Source: Azolla caroliniana (Eukaryota; Plantae; Polypodiophyta). From it: a stretch of DNA of 64,000 nt. The position numbers and the translations under genes are program-made. Positions 11,679-23,749 of the stretch are shown here, in pieces. Below the pieces are notes generated by a model. The model was given only the letters and a program-made list of their open reading frames with translations, was not told where the DNA came from and did not search any database. Each line of letters begins with the position of its first letter. Position 1 is the stretch's first letter. The stretch is from NCBI GenBank assembly GCA_043228905.1, contig JBHGNT010000011.1:16430001-16494000 (forward strand), read 5' to 3'.

Positions 11679-11750
11679 GGGTGCATAGCTTAGTGGTAGA
11701 GCAATCGGCTGCAGTCCGATAGGTCATCAGTTCAATCCTGGTTGCGCCCT
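11679..11750 (+). tRNA. tRNA-Cys(GCA): tRNA-Cys(GCA)-like, full cloverleaf
   Basis: Stems GGGTGCA/TGCGCCC, GCTT/GAGC, ATCGG/CCGAT with loop CTGCAGT, ATCAG/CTGGT with loop TTCAATC; discriminator T. Confidence 0.7.
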
Positions 11751-14700
11751 AAAACAAGAATAGTAGGTATTATCTTTATCAACACTTACATCCTAAGAAT
11801 ATTAATTACAAAATGTTACACACAAACATGCATATGCCTTATGTGTCGAATGTTTCAAATCTAAGATGATATGTATACTAGCTGTCAGAAACATTCTAAG
11901 ATGATATTACTACTATTGATAAAACTTCTTTAATACGGGATATTGGAATAAACATAACAACGAATAATAGGTGCATAGCTCGGTGGTAGAAGAATCCGTC
12001 GCAGTGTGATAGGTCATCAATTCAATCCTCCTTGTGCCTTAAATCATCAAGACTATAAATTACCTCCAACAACTCTCACAACCCTGTATTATTAATTTCA
12101 AATCTTTGCAAACGAACTTGTGTATCCCTTATGTGTCAAATATAACACAAACATGCATATGCATTATGTGTTAAATGTGTGTCAAATATAACATAATCAT
12201 TCCTATGCATTATGTGTCAAATGTGTGTCAAATATAACATAATCATGCCTATGCATTATGTGTCGAATGTTTCAAATCTAGGATGATATGAATTCGATCG
12301 GCCAGAAGTATTCTTGGACATTGGATTAAATAAAAGAACCAATCATGGGTGCATAGCTAAATGGTGGAGCAATCCGTTGCAGTCCGATAGGTCATGGGTG
12401 CATAGTTCAATGGTGGAGCAATCCGTTGCAGTCCGATAGGTCATCAATTTAATCCTCCTTGTGACCTAAAGCAAAAAAAAGTATAGATTACCTCCATCAA
12501 CACTCACAACTTGAGCTTATTAATTTTAAATTATTGTACAAGAACATTTGTATCCCATGTGTGTGAAATATGGTACTTAATTTCGGCGAATGGAGAGCAC
12601 GAACGCATGTTGCCTCACTGTATGTCTATTGAGGGTTTGCATTACTTTTGGCCCTATTCAAATACATCAATGGTGGACTACAAAAACACTCAATAACTAA
12701 GATTATTAATTTCAAATATTTGCACACAAACATGATACATATACTATTGCCAACAATCGTGTTGGATACTGGAGTTAAACAAACGAGTCCATCAAGGGTG
12801 CATAGCTCAGTGATAGAGCAATCAGCTGCAATCCGATAGGTCATCAGTTCAATCCTGGTTGCGCCCTAAAACAAGAATAGTAGGTATTATCTTTAACAAC
12901 ACTTACATCCTAAGATTTTTAATTACAAAATGTTATACATAAACATGCATATACCTTATGTGTCGAATGTTTCAAATCTATGATGATATGAATACTAGCT
13001 GTTAGAAACATTCTAAAATGATATGAATACTATTGATAAGACGGTTTTAATACGGGATATTGGAATAAACACAACAACGAGTAATTGGTGCATACCTCGG
13101 TGGTAGAATAATCGGTCGTAGTGCGATATGTCATTAGTTCAATCCTTCTTGTGCCGTAACTCAACAAGAGTATAAATTACCTGCAACAACACTTATAGCC
13201 CGAGATTATGAATTTGAAATCTTTGCAAATGAACATGCGTATCTATTATGTGTCAAGTATAACCCAAACATGCATATGCATTATGTGTCGAATGTTTCAA
13301 ATCTAAGATGATATGAATACTATTGGCAAGAAATATTCTTGGATATTCGAATAAAACAAAGAACCAATCATGGGTGCATAACTCAATGGTAGAGCAATCG
13401 GTTGCAGTCTGATAGGTCGTCAATTTAATCCTCCTTGTGCCCTAAAGCAAGAAGAATATAGATTACCTCGTATAACACTCACAACTTCATGTTATCAATC
13501 TCACATTATTGCATAGGAACATGCGTATCTCTGCTGTGTCAAATATGGCACTTGATTTCGGCGAATGGTGAGCGCGAACGCACGTTGGCTTACTGTATAG
13601 GTTTTGATTACTTTTGGCCCGATTCAAATACATCAAGGGTGGACTGCAACAACATTCAGAAACTAAGATTATTAATTTCAAATCTTTGCACACGAATATA
13701 ATACAAATACTATTGCCAAGAATCTTGTTGGATATTGGAGTTAAACAAACGAATCCATCAAGAGTGCATAGCTCAGTGATAGAGCAATCAGTTGCAATCC
13801 GATAGGTCATCAGTTCAATCCTGGTTGTGCCCTAAAACAAGAAGAGTAGGTAAACCCTTTAACAACTCTTACATCCTAAGAATATTAATTATGAAATGTG
13901 ACACACGAACATGCATATGCTTTATGTGTCGAATGTTTCAAATCTAAGATGTTTTGAATACTAGCTATAAGAAACATTCTAAGATGATATGAACACTATT
14001 GATAAGACATCTTTAATACAGGATATTGGAATAAACACAACAACTAATAAGAGGTGCGTAGCTTGGCGGTAGAGCAATTGATCGTAGTGCGACAGATGAT
14101 CAGTTGAATCCTCCTTGTGCCCTCAATCAAGAAGACTATAAATTACATCCAACAACACTCACAACCCGAGATTATTAATTTCAAATCTTTGCAAACGAAC
14201 ATCCGTATCCCTCATGGGTCAAATATATCACAAACATGCATATGCATTATGTGTCAAATGTTTCAAATCTAAGATGATATGAATACTATCGGCAAGAAAT
14301 ATTCTTGGACATTGGAATAAACAAAAGAATAAATCATGCTTGCATAACTCAATGGTGGAGCAATCGGTTGCAGTGCGATAGGTCATCAATTTAATCCTCC
14401 TTGTGCCTTAAAGCAAGAAGAATATAGATTACCTCCATCAACACTCACAACTTCATGTTATTAATTTCAAATTATTGCATTGGAATATGCGTATCCCATG
14501 TGTGTGAAATATGGCACTTAATTTCGGTGAATGGAGAGCGCGAACGCACGTTGATTACTTTTGGCCCGATTCAAATACATCAAGGGTAGATTGCAACAAC
14601 ACTCACCAACTAAGATTGTTAATTTCAAATCTTTGCACACAAAAATGATACAAATACTATTGCCACCAATGTTGTTGGATATTGAAGTTAAACAAAAGAA

Positions 14701-17700
14701 TGCATAAAGGGTTCATAGCTGACTGTTAGATCTATCAGCTGTAATCCGATACGTCATCAGTTCAATCCTGGTTGCGGCCTAAAACAAGAAGATTAGGTAT
14801 TCCTTTTAACAAAACTTATATCCTAAGAATATGTTATACACAAACATGCATATGCCTTAAGACGATATGAATACTAGCTATAAGAAACATTCTAAGATGA
14901 TATGAATACTATTGATAAGACATCTTCAATACAGAATATCGGAATAAACACAGTAACGAATAATAGGTGCATAGCTTGGTGGTAGAAGAATCGGTTGCAG
15001 TGCGATAGCTTATCAGTTCAATACTCCTTGTGTTCTTAATTTCTAAGAGTATAAATTACCTCCAACGACACTCATAGCCCGAGATTATTAATTTTAAATC
15101 TTTGCAAACGAATATGCGTATCCCATATGTGTCAAATATATCACAAACATGGATATGCATTATGTATCGAATATTTCAAATCTATAATGATATGAATATT
15201 ATCAGCAAAAAGTATTCTTGGATATTGGAATAGACAAAAGAACCATTCATGGGTGCATAGCTCAATGGTAGAGCAATCGGTTGAAGTCCGATAGGTCATC
15301 AATTTAATCCTCCTTGTGCCCTAAAGCAAGAAGAATATAGATTACCTCGTATAACACTCACAACTTCATGTTATTAATTTCAAATTATTGCATAGGAACA
15401 TTTGTATCTCCGCTGTTTCAAATATGGCACTTAATTTCGGCGAATGGAGAGCGTGAACGCACGTTGCCTCACTGTATGTCTACTGAGCATTTTGATTAGT
15501 TCTGGCCCGATTCAAATACATCAAGGGTGGACTGCAACAACACTCAAAAACTAAGATTATTAATTTCAAATCATTGCACACGAACATGATACAAATACTA
15601 TTGCCAAGAATCTTGGTGGATATTGGAGTTAAATAAACGAATCCATCGAGGGTGCATATCTTAGTGGTAGAGCAATCGGCTGCAGTCCGATAGGTCATCA
15701 TTTCAATACTGGTTGCGCCCTAAAACAAGCAGAGTAGGTATTACCTTTAACAACTCTTACATCCTAAGAATATTAATTACAAAATGTTACACACGAGCAT
15801 GCATATGCCTTCTGTGTCGAATATTTCAAATCTAAGATGATATGAATACTAGCTATCAGAAACATTCTAAGATTTTATGAATACTATTGATAAGACGTCT
15901 TTAGTACAGGATATTGGAATAAACACAACAACGAAGAATAATTGGATAGCTCGGTGGTAGTACAATCGATCGCAGTGGGATAGGTCATCAGTTGAATCCT
16001 CCTTGTGCCCTCAATCAAGAAGACTATAAATTTCCTCCAACAACACTCACAACCCGAGATTATTAATTTCAAATCATCTCTGCAAAGAAGATGCGTATCC
16101 GTTATGTGTCAAATATAATACAAACATGCATATGCATTATGTGTCGAATGTTTCAAATCTAAGATGATATGAATATTATCGGGAATAAGTATTCTTCAAT
16201 ATTGGAATAAAGAAAAGAACCAATCATGGGTGCATAGCTCAATGGTGGAGCAATCGGTTGCAGTCCGATAGGTCATCAATTTAATCCTCCTTGTGCCCTA
16301 AATCAAGAAAAGTATAGATTACCTCCTACAACACTCACAACTTGAGCTTACTAATTTCAAATTATTGCATAGGAACATTCGTATCCCATTTGTGTGAAAT
16401 ATGCCACTTTATTTTGGTGAATGGAGAGCGCCAATGCATGTTGCCTCACTGTATGTCTAATATATCACAAACATGCATATGCATTATGTGTCGAATGTTT
16501 AAATCTAAGATGATATGAATACTATCGGCAAGAAGTATTCTTGGACATTGGAATAAACAAAAGAATAAATCATGCGTGCATAACTCAATGGTGGAGCAAT
16601 CGACTGCAGTGCGATACGTCATCAATTTAATCCTCCTTGTGCCTTAAAGCAAGAACACTCAAAAACTAAGATTATTAATTTCAAATCTTTGCACACAAAC
16701 ATGATAAAAATACTATTGCCAAGAATCTTGTTGGATATTGGAGTTAAACAAAAGAATTGATCAAGGGTGCATAGTTAATTGGTAGAGCAATCGGCTGCAG
16801 TCTGATAGGTTATCCGTTCAATCCTGGTTGCGCAAGAATACTAGGTATTATCTTTAACAACACTACACCCTGAGAATATTAATTACAAAATGTTACACAC
16901 AAACATTGATATGCCTTATGTCTCGAATGTTTCAATTCTAAGATGATATGAATACTAGCTGCAGTCGGATAGGTCATCAATTCAATCCTGGTTGCACCCT
17001 AAAACAAGAAGAGTAGGTATTGCCTTTAACAACACTTACATCGTAGGAATATCAATTACAAAATGTTAAAACACAACCATGCATATGACTTATGTGTCAA
17101 ATGTTTCAAATCTAAGATGATATGAATACTAGGTGTAAGAAACATTGTAAGATGATATGAATTCTATTGATAAGACGTCTTTAATACAGGATATTTGAAT
17201 AAACACAACAACGAATAATAGGTGGATACCTCGGTGGTAGAATAATCGGTTGCAGTGCGATAGGTCATCAGTTCAATCCTCCTTGTGCCCTAAATCAACA
17301 AGAGTATAAATTACCTTTGAAAACAATCACAACCCAAGATTATTAATTTCAAATCTTTGCAAATGAACATGCATATCGATTATGTGTCAAATATAACAGA
17401 AACATGGCTATGCATTATATGTCGAATATTTCAAATCTACGATGATATGAATACTATCGGCAAGAAGTATTCTTGGACATTGGAATAAACAAAAGAACCA
17501 ATCATGGGTGCATAGCTCAATGGTGGAGCAATTGGTTGCAGTCCGATAGGTCATCAATTTAATCCTCCTTGTGCCTTAAAAAAAGAAGAATATAGATTAC
17601 CTCGTATAACACTCACAACTTCATGTTACCTCGTATAGAGGAACTTGCATATCTCTGCTACGTCAAATATGGTACTGAATTTCGGGAAATGGAGAGTGCG

Positions 17701-19642
17701 AACGCATGTTGCCTGACTGTATGTCTACTAAGGGTTTTAGTTACGTTTGGCCCGATTCAAATACATCAAGGCTGAACTGCAACAACAGTCAAAAACTAAG
17801 ATTATTAATTTCAAATCTTTGCACACGAGTATAATACAAATACTATTGCCAAGAATCTTGTTGGATATTGGAGTTAAACAAACGAATCCATCAAGGGTGC
17901 ATAGCTCTCTGAAAGAGCAACCGGCTGCAGTCCGATAGGTCATCAGTTCAATCTTGGTTGTGCCCTAAAACAAGAAGAGTAGGTATTACTTTTCACAACT
18001 CTTACATCCTAAGAATATCAATTACAAAATGTTACACACGAACATGCATATGCCTTATGTGTCGAATGTTTCATATCTAAGATGATATGAATACTAGCTA
18101 TAAGAAATATTCTAAGATGATATGAATACTATTGATAAGACGTGTTTAATACAGGATATTGAAATAAACACAACAGTGAATAATAGGTGCATACCTCGGT
18201 GGTAGAATAATCGGTCGTAGTGCGATAGGTCATTAGTTCAATCCTCCTTGTGCCCTAAATCAACAAGAGTATATATTACCTCCGAAAAGACTCAGAACCC
18301 GAGACTATTAATTTCAAATCTTTGCAAAGGAACATGCTTATCGTTTATGTGTCAAATATAACCGAGACATGCAAATGCATTATGTCGAATGTTTCAAATC
18401 TAAGATGATATGAATACTATCGTCAAGAAGTATTCTTCGACATTGGAATAAACAAAAGAACCAATCATGGGTGCATAGCTAAATGGTAGAGAAATCGGTT
18501 GCAGTCTGATGGGTCACTAATTTAATCCTCCTTGTGCCCTAAAGCAAGAAAAGTATATATTACCTCCTACAAATCTCACAACTCAATGGTGGAGTAATCG
18601 AATACTAAGATTATTAATTTCAAATCTCTGCACATGAACGTGATGCAAATACTATTGCCAAGAATCTTGTTTGATATTGGAGTTAAATAACCAAATCCAT
18701 CAAGGGTGCATAACTTAGTGGTAGAGCAATCGGCTACAGTCCAATAAGTCATCAGTTCAATATTGGTTGCACCCTAAACAAGAATATTAGGTATTATCTT
18801 TAACAACACTTACACCCTAAGAATATTAATTACAAATTGTTACACACAAACATGCATATTGCTTATGTGTCAAATGTTTCAAATCTAAGATGATATCAAT
18901 ACTAGTTGTAAGAAACATTCTAAAATGATATGAATACTATTGAGAAGACGGTTTTAATACAGGATATTGGAATAAACACAACAACGAATAATTGGTGCAT
19001 ACCTCGATGGTAGAATAATCGGTCGCAGTGCGATAGGTCATCAGTTCAATCGTCCTTGTGCCCTAAATGAACAAGAGTATAAATTACCTCCAACAACACT
19101 CACAGCCTTATCTCATTAATTTCAAATATTGGCAAACCAACTTGTGTATCCCTTATGTGTCGAATGTTTCAAATCTAAGATGATATGAATACTATTCGCA
19201 AGAAGTATTCTTGGACATTGGAATAAACAAAAGAACCAATCATGGGTTGATAATTCAATGGTAGAGCAATCGGTTGCAGTCTGATAGGTCGTCAATTTAA
19301 TCCTCCTTGTGCCCTAAAGCAAGAAAAGTACAGATTACCTCCATTAACACTGACAACTTGAGCTTATTAATTTCAAATTATTGCATAGGAACATACGTAT
19401 CCCATGTGTGTGAAATATGGCACTTATTTTTGGCGAATGGACAGCGCGAACGTACGTTGCCTCACTGTATGTCTACTGAGGGTTTTGATAACTTTTCGCC
19501 CGATTCAAATACATTAAGGGTGGACTGCAACAATACTCAAAAACTAAGATTATTAATTTCAAATCTTTGCACACGAACGTGATACAAATACTATTGCCAA
19601 GAATCTTGTTGGATATTGGAGTTAAATAAACGAATCCATCAA

Positions 19643-19714
19643 GGGTGCATAGCTCAGTGGTAGAGCAATCGGCTGCAGTCCGATAGGTCATCAGTTCAAT
19701 CCTGGTTGTACCCT
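19643..19714 (+). tRNA. tRNA-Cys(GCA): tRNA-Cys(GCA), best-preserved cloverleaf
   Basis: 72 nt: GGGTGCA/TGTACCC, GCTC/GAGC, ATCGG-CTGCAGT-CCGAT, AGGTC, ATCAG-TTCAATC-CTGGT, T73. A and B boxes are intact and CAA lies immediately upstream. Confidence 0.8.
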
Positions 19715-21627
19715 AAAACAAGAATAGTAGGTATTATCTTTAACAACACTTACACCCTAAGAATATTAATTACAAAATGTTACACACGAGCATGCATATG
19801 CCTTCTGTGTCGAATATTTCAAATCTAAGATGATATGAATACTAGCTATCAGAAACATTCTAAGATTTTATGAATACTATTGATAAAACGTCTTTAATAC
19901 AGGATATTGGAATAAACACAACAACGAATAATTGGTGCATACCTCGGTGGTAGAATAATCGGTCGCAGTGCGATAGGTCATCATATTAATCCTTCTTGTG
20001 CCCTAAATGAACAAGAATATAAATTACCGCCAACAACACTCACAGCCTGATATCATTAATTTGAAATCTTTGCAAATGAACTTGTGTATCCCTTATGTGT
20101 CAAATATAACACAAACATGCATATGCATTATGTGTCGTATGTGTGTGAAACATAACAGAAACATGCCTATGCATTATGTGTCGAATGTTTCAAATCTAAG
20201 ATGATATGAATACTATCGGCAAGAAGTATTCTTGGACATTGGAATAAATAAAAGAACCAATCATGGGTGCATAGCTCAATGGTGGAGCAATTCCTTGCAA
20301 TCCGATAGGTCATCAATTTAATCCTACTTGTGCCTTAAAGAAAGAAGAATATAGATTTCCTCGTATAACACTCACAACTTCATGTTATTAATTTCAAATT
20401 ATTGCACAGGAACATACGTATCCCATGTGTGTCAAATATGGCAATTAATTACGGCGAATGGAGAGCGCGAACACACGTTGCCTTACTCTATGTCTACTGA
20501 GGGTTTTGATTAATTTTAGCCCGATTTAAATACATCAAGGGTGGACTACAACAACACTCACAAACTAAGATTATTAATTTCAAATCTTTGCGAATGAATA
20601 TTATACAAATACTATTGCGAAGAAACTTGTTGAATATTGGGGTTAAACAAAAGAACCTAGCAAAGGTGGATAGCTCACTGGTAGAGCAATCAGCTGCAGT
20701 CCAATAAGTCATCAGTTCAATCCTTGTTGCGCCCTAAAACAAGAAGAGTATGTATTGCCTTTAACAACACTTACATCCTAAGAATATTAATTGCCTTTAA
20801 CAACACTTACATCCTAAGAATATTAATTACAAAATGTTACACACAAACATGCATATGCCTTATGTGTCGAATGTTTCCATTCTAAGATGATATGAATACT
20901 ACTGATAAGACGTGTTTAATACAGGATATTGGAATAATCAACAAAACGAATAATAGGTGGTAGAATAATCGGTCGCAATGGGATAGGTCATCAGTTCAAT
21001 CCTCCTTGTGCCCTAAATGAACAAGAGTATAAATTACATCCAACAACACTCACAACTCGAGATTATTAATTTCAAATCTTTGCAAAAGTACATGCGTATC
21101 CCTTATGTGTCAAATATAACACAAAAATGCATAGTCATTATGTGTCGAATGTTTCAAATCTACGATGATATGAATACTATCGGGAAGATGTATTCTTGGA
21201 TATTCGAATAAACAAAAGAACCAATCATGGGTGGATAATTCAATGGTAGAGCAATCGGTTGCAGTATGATAGGTCGTCAATTTAATCCTCCTTGTGCCCT
21301 AAAGCAAGAAAAGTATAGATTACCTCCATTAACACTCACAACTTGAGCTTATTAATTTCAAATTATTGCACAGGAACATGCGTATCCCATGTGTGTCAAA
21401 TATGGCACTTAATTTCGGCGAATGGAGAGCGCGAACACACGTTGCCTTACTCTATGTCTACTGAGGGTTTTGATTAATTTTAGCCCGATTCAAATACATC
21501 AAGGGTGGACTACAACAACACTCACAAACTAAGATTATTAATTTCAAATCTTTGCGAATGAATATAATACAAATACTATTGCGAAGAAACTTGTTGAATA
21601 TTGGAGTTAAACAAAAGAATCGAGCAA

Positions 21628-21699
21628 GGGTGCATAGCTTAGTGGTAGAGCAATCGGCTACAGTCCGATAGGTCATCAGTTCAATCCTGGTTGCGCCCT
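21628..21699 (+). tRNA. tRNA-Cys-like cloverleaf with ACA anticodon
   Basis: All four stems pair; the anticodon loop is CTACAGT. Confidence 0.55.
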
Positions 21700-22648
21700 A
21701 AAACAAGAATAGTAGGTATTATCTTTATCAACACTTACATCCTAAGAATATTAATTACAAAATGTTACACACAAACATGCATATGCCTTATGTGTCGAAT
21801 GTTTCAAATCTAAGATGATATGAATACTAGCTGTCAGAAACATTCTAAGATGATATTACTACTATTGATAAAACTTCTTTAATATGGGATATTGGAATAA
21901 ACATAACAATGAATAATAGGTGCATAGCTCGGTGGTAGAAGAATCGATCATAGTGCGAAAGGTCATCAGTTCATTCCTCCTTGTGCCCTAAATCAACAAG
22001 AGTATAAATTACCTCCAACAACACTCCTAGCCTGATATTATTAATTTCAAATCTTTGCAAATTAACTTGTGTATCCCTTATGTGTCAAATATAACACAAA
22101 CATGCATATTCATTATGTGTCGAATGTGTGTCACATATAACAAAAACATGCATATGCATCATGTGTCGAATGTTTCAAATCTAAGATGATATGAATTCTA
22201 TCAGCAAAAAGTATTCTTGGACATTGGAATAAACAAAGGAACCAATAATGGGTGCATAGCTCAATGGTGGAGCAATACGTTGGAGTCCTATAGATCATCA
22301 ATTTAATCCTCCTTGTGCCCTAAAGCAAGAAGAATATAGATTACCTGCATCAAAACTCACAACTTCATATTATTAATTTCAAATTATTGCATAGGAACAT
22401 GCGTATCCCATGTGTGTCAAATATGGCACTTAATTTCGGCGAATGGAGAGTGCGAACGCACGTTGCCTTACTGTATGTCTATTGAGGGTTTTGATTACTT
22501 TTGGCCTGATTCAAATACATCAAGGGTGGATTACAACAACACTCACCAATTAAGATTATTAATTTCAAATGTTTGCACACGAAAATGTTACAAATACTAT
22601 TGCCAACAATCTGGTTGGATATTGGAGTTAAACAAAAGAATCCATAAA

Positions 22649-22720
22649 GGGTTCATAGCTCAGTGGTAGAGCAATCGGCTGCAGTCTGATAGGTCATCAG
22701 TTCAATCCTGGTTGGGCTCT
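22649..22720 (+). tRNA. tRNA-Cys(GCA): tRNA-Cys(GCA)-like, weak acceptor stem (three G-U pairs)
   Basis: GGGTTCA/TGGGCTC; D, anticodon and T arms pair; TTTT about 20 nt downstream. Confidence 0.55.
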
Positions 22721-23444
22721 AAAACAAGAAGAGTAGGTATTTTCATTAACAACACTTACATTCTAAGAATAATAATTTCAAATTGTTACACACAAATATG
22801 CATATGCCTTATGTGTCAAATATTTCAAATCTAAGATGATATCCTTGTGGCCTAAAGCAATTTGAAGAAAGGCACATATTTTATGTGACTTGCACCCATA
22901 ACTTCTAGCTATAAGAAACATTCTAAGATGATACGAATACTATTGATAAGACCTTTAGGATATTGGAATACATACAACAACGAATAATAGGTGCATAGCT
23001 CAGTGGTAGAACAATCGGTCGTAGTGCGGTAGGTCATTAGTTCAGTCTTCCTTGTGCCCTAAATCAAGAAGAGTATAAGTTACCTCGAACAATATAAGGG
23101 ATAGTTGAGTTAAACAAATGAATTCACCAAGGGTGGATAGCTCAGTGGTAGAGCAATCGGCTGCAGTCTGATAGGTCATTAGTTCAATCCTGGTTGCGCT
23201 CTAAAACAGGAAAAGTAGGGATTACCTTTAACTACACTTCCTAGGAATATTAATTGAAATTGTTACACACAGACATGCATAATCATTAGGTGTCGAATGT
23301 TTCAAATCTAAGATGATATGAATACTATTGACAAAATGTATTCTTGGATATTGGAATAAACAAAAGAACCAATTATGAGTTCATAGTTCAATGGTAGATC
23401 ATTCGATTGCAGTCAGATAGGTCGTCAGTTTAATCATCCTTGTG

Positions 23445-23749
23445 GGATCAAGTGCTTAACATGGGATCCTGAATATACGTGGAAGGGAGAACAAGATAAA
23501 TCATTAGGTTTCTTCGAATACTCGACGCGCTTGGGGAGAAAGTTAGGTTGGTATCGTGAGAAGTGTGCCAACAAGTGGGCCCATGTAGGTGTCGATTCAG
23601 TCTTCGTGGATAGAACCAGGAGTAGTATATGGAACTCATCCCTTCCCGAGCGGGTCAAAGTGTTTTGCTGGCTTGTAAGATATGAGTTGTAAATTATCCT
23701 ACGTACATCGCCTTAACTAATGGAAGTAGTTTTTTTTTTTGGAAAAAAA
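23445..23749 (+). mobile_element. LINE (L1-like) 3' fragment with a 788-bp internal deletion
   Basis: Matches 45899-46128 joined to 46917 onward through a TGG microhomology. Confidence 0.75.

Larger units (their letters stand above)
9501..23444 (+). repeat. tRNA-Cys-derived tandem array 1 (~14 A-B-C higher-order repeats of ~0.95-1.1 kb, ~45 tRNA-like cassettes)
   Basis: Recurrent GGGTGCATAGCTCAGTGGTAGAGCAATCGGCTGCAGTCCGATAGGTCATCAGTTCAATCCTGGTTGCGCCCT and its B and C variants. A cassettes start near 9689, 10658, 11679, 12796, 13761, 14708, 15650, 16765, 17895, 18704, 19643, 20663, 21628, 22649 and 23131. Confidence 0.95.

Noticed and set aside
10359-22669. Repeated short ORFs (MARFKYIKGGLQQHS..., MTYRTAADCSTT..., MLLISNYC...) as a peptide family
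   Set aside because: They are translations of the satellite on both strands, often from non-ATG starts, overlap the tRNA cassette, and are broken by stops and indels at random.
9501-23444. CRISPR-like repeat-spacer array
   Set aside because: The spacers are homologous to each other and 170-330 bp long, the repeat is a tRNA, there are no cas genes, and the context is eukaryotic.
23445-23749. tRNA-array-targeting LINE insertion (Tx1/Dewa-like)
   Set aside because: The array does not resume after the LINE 3' end and there is no TSD; a duplication junction explains it better.
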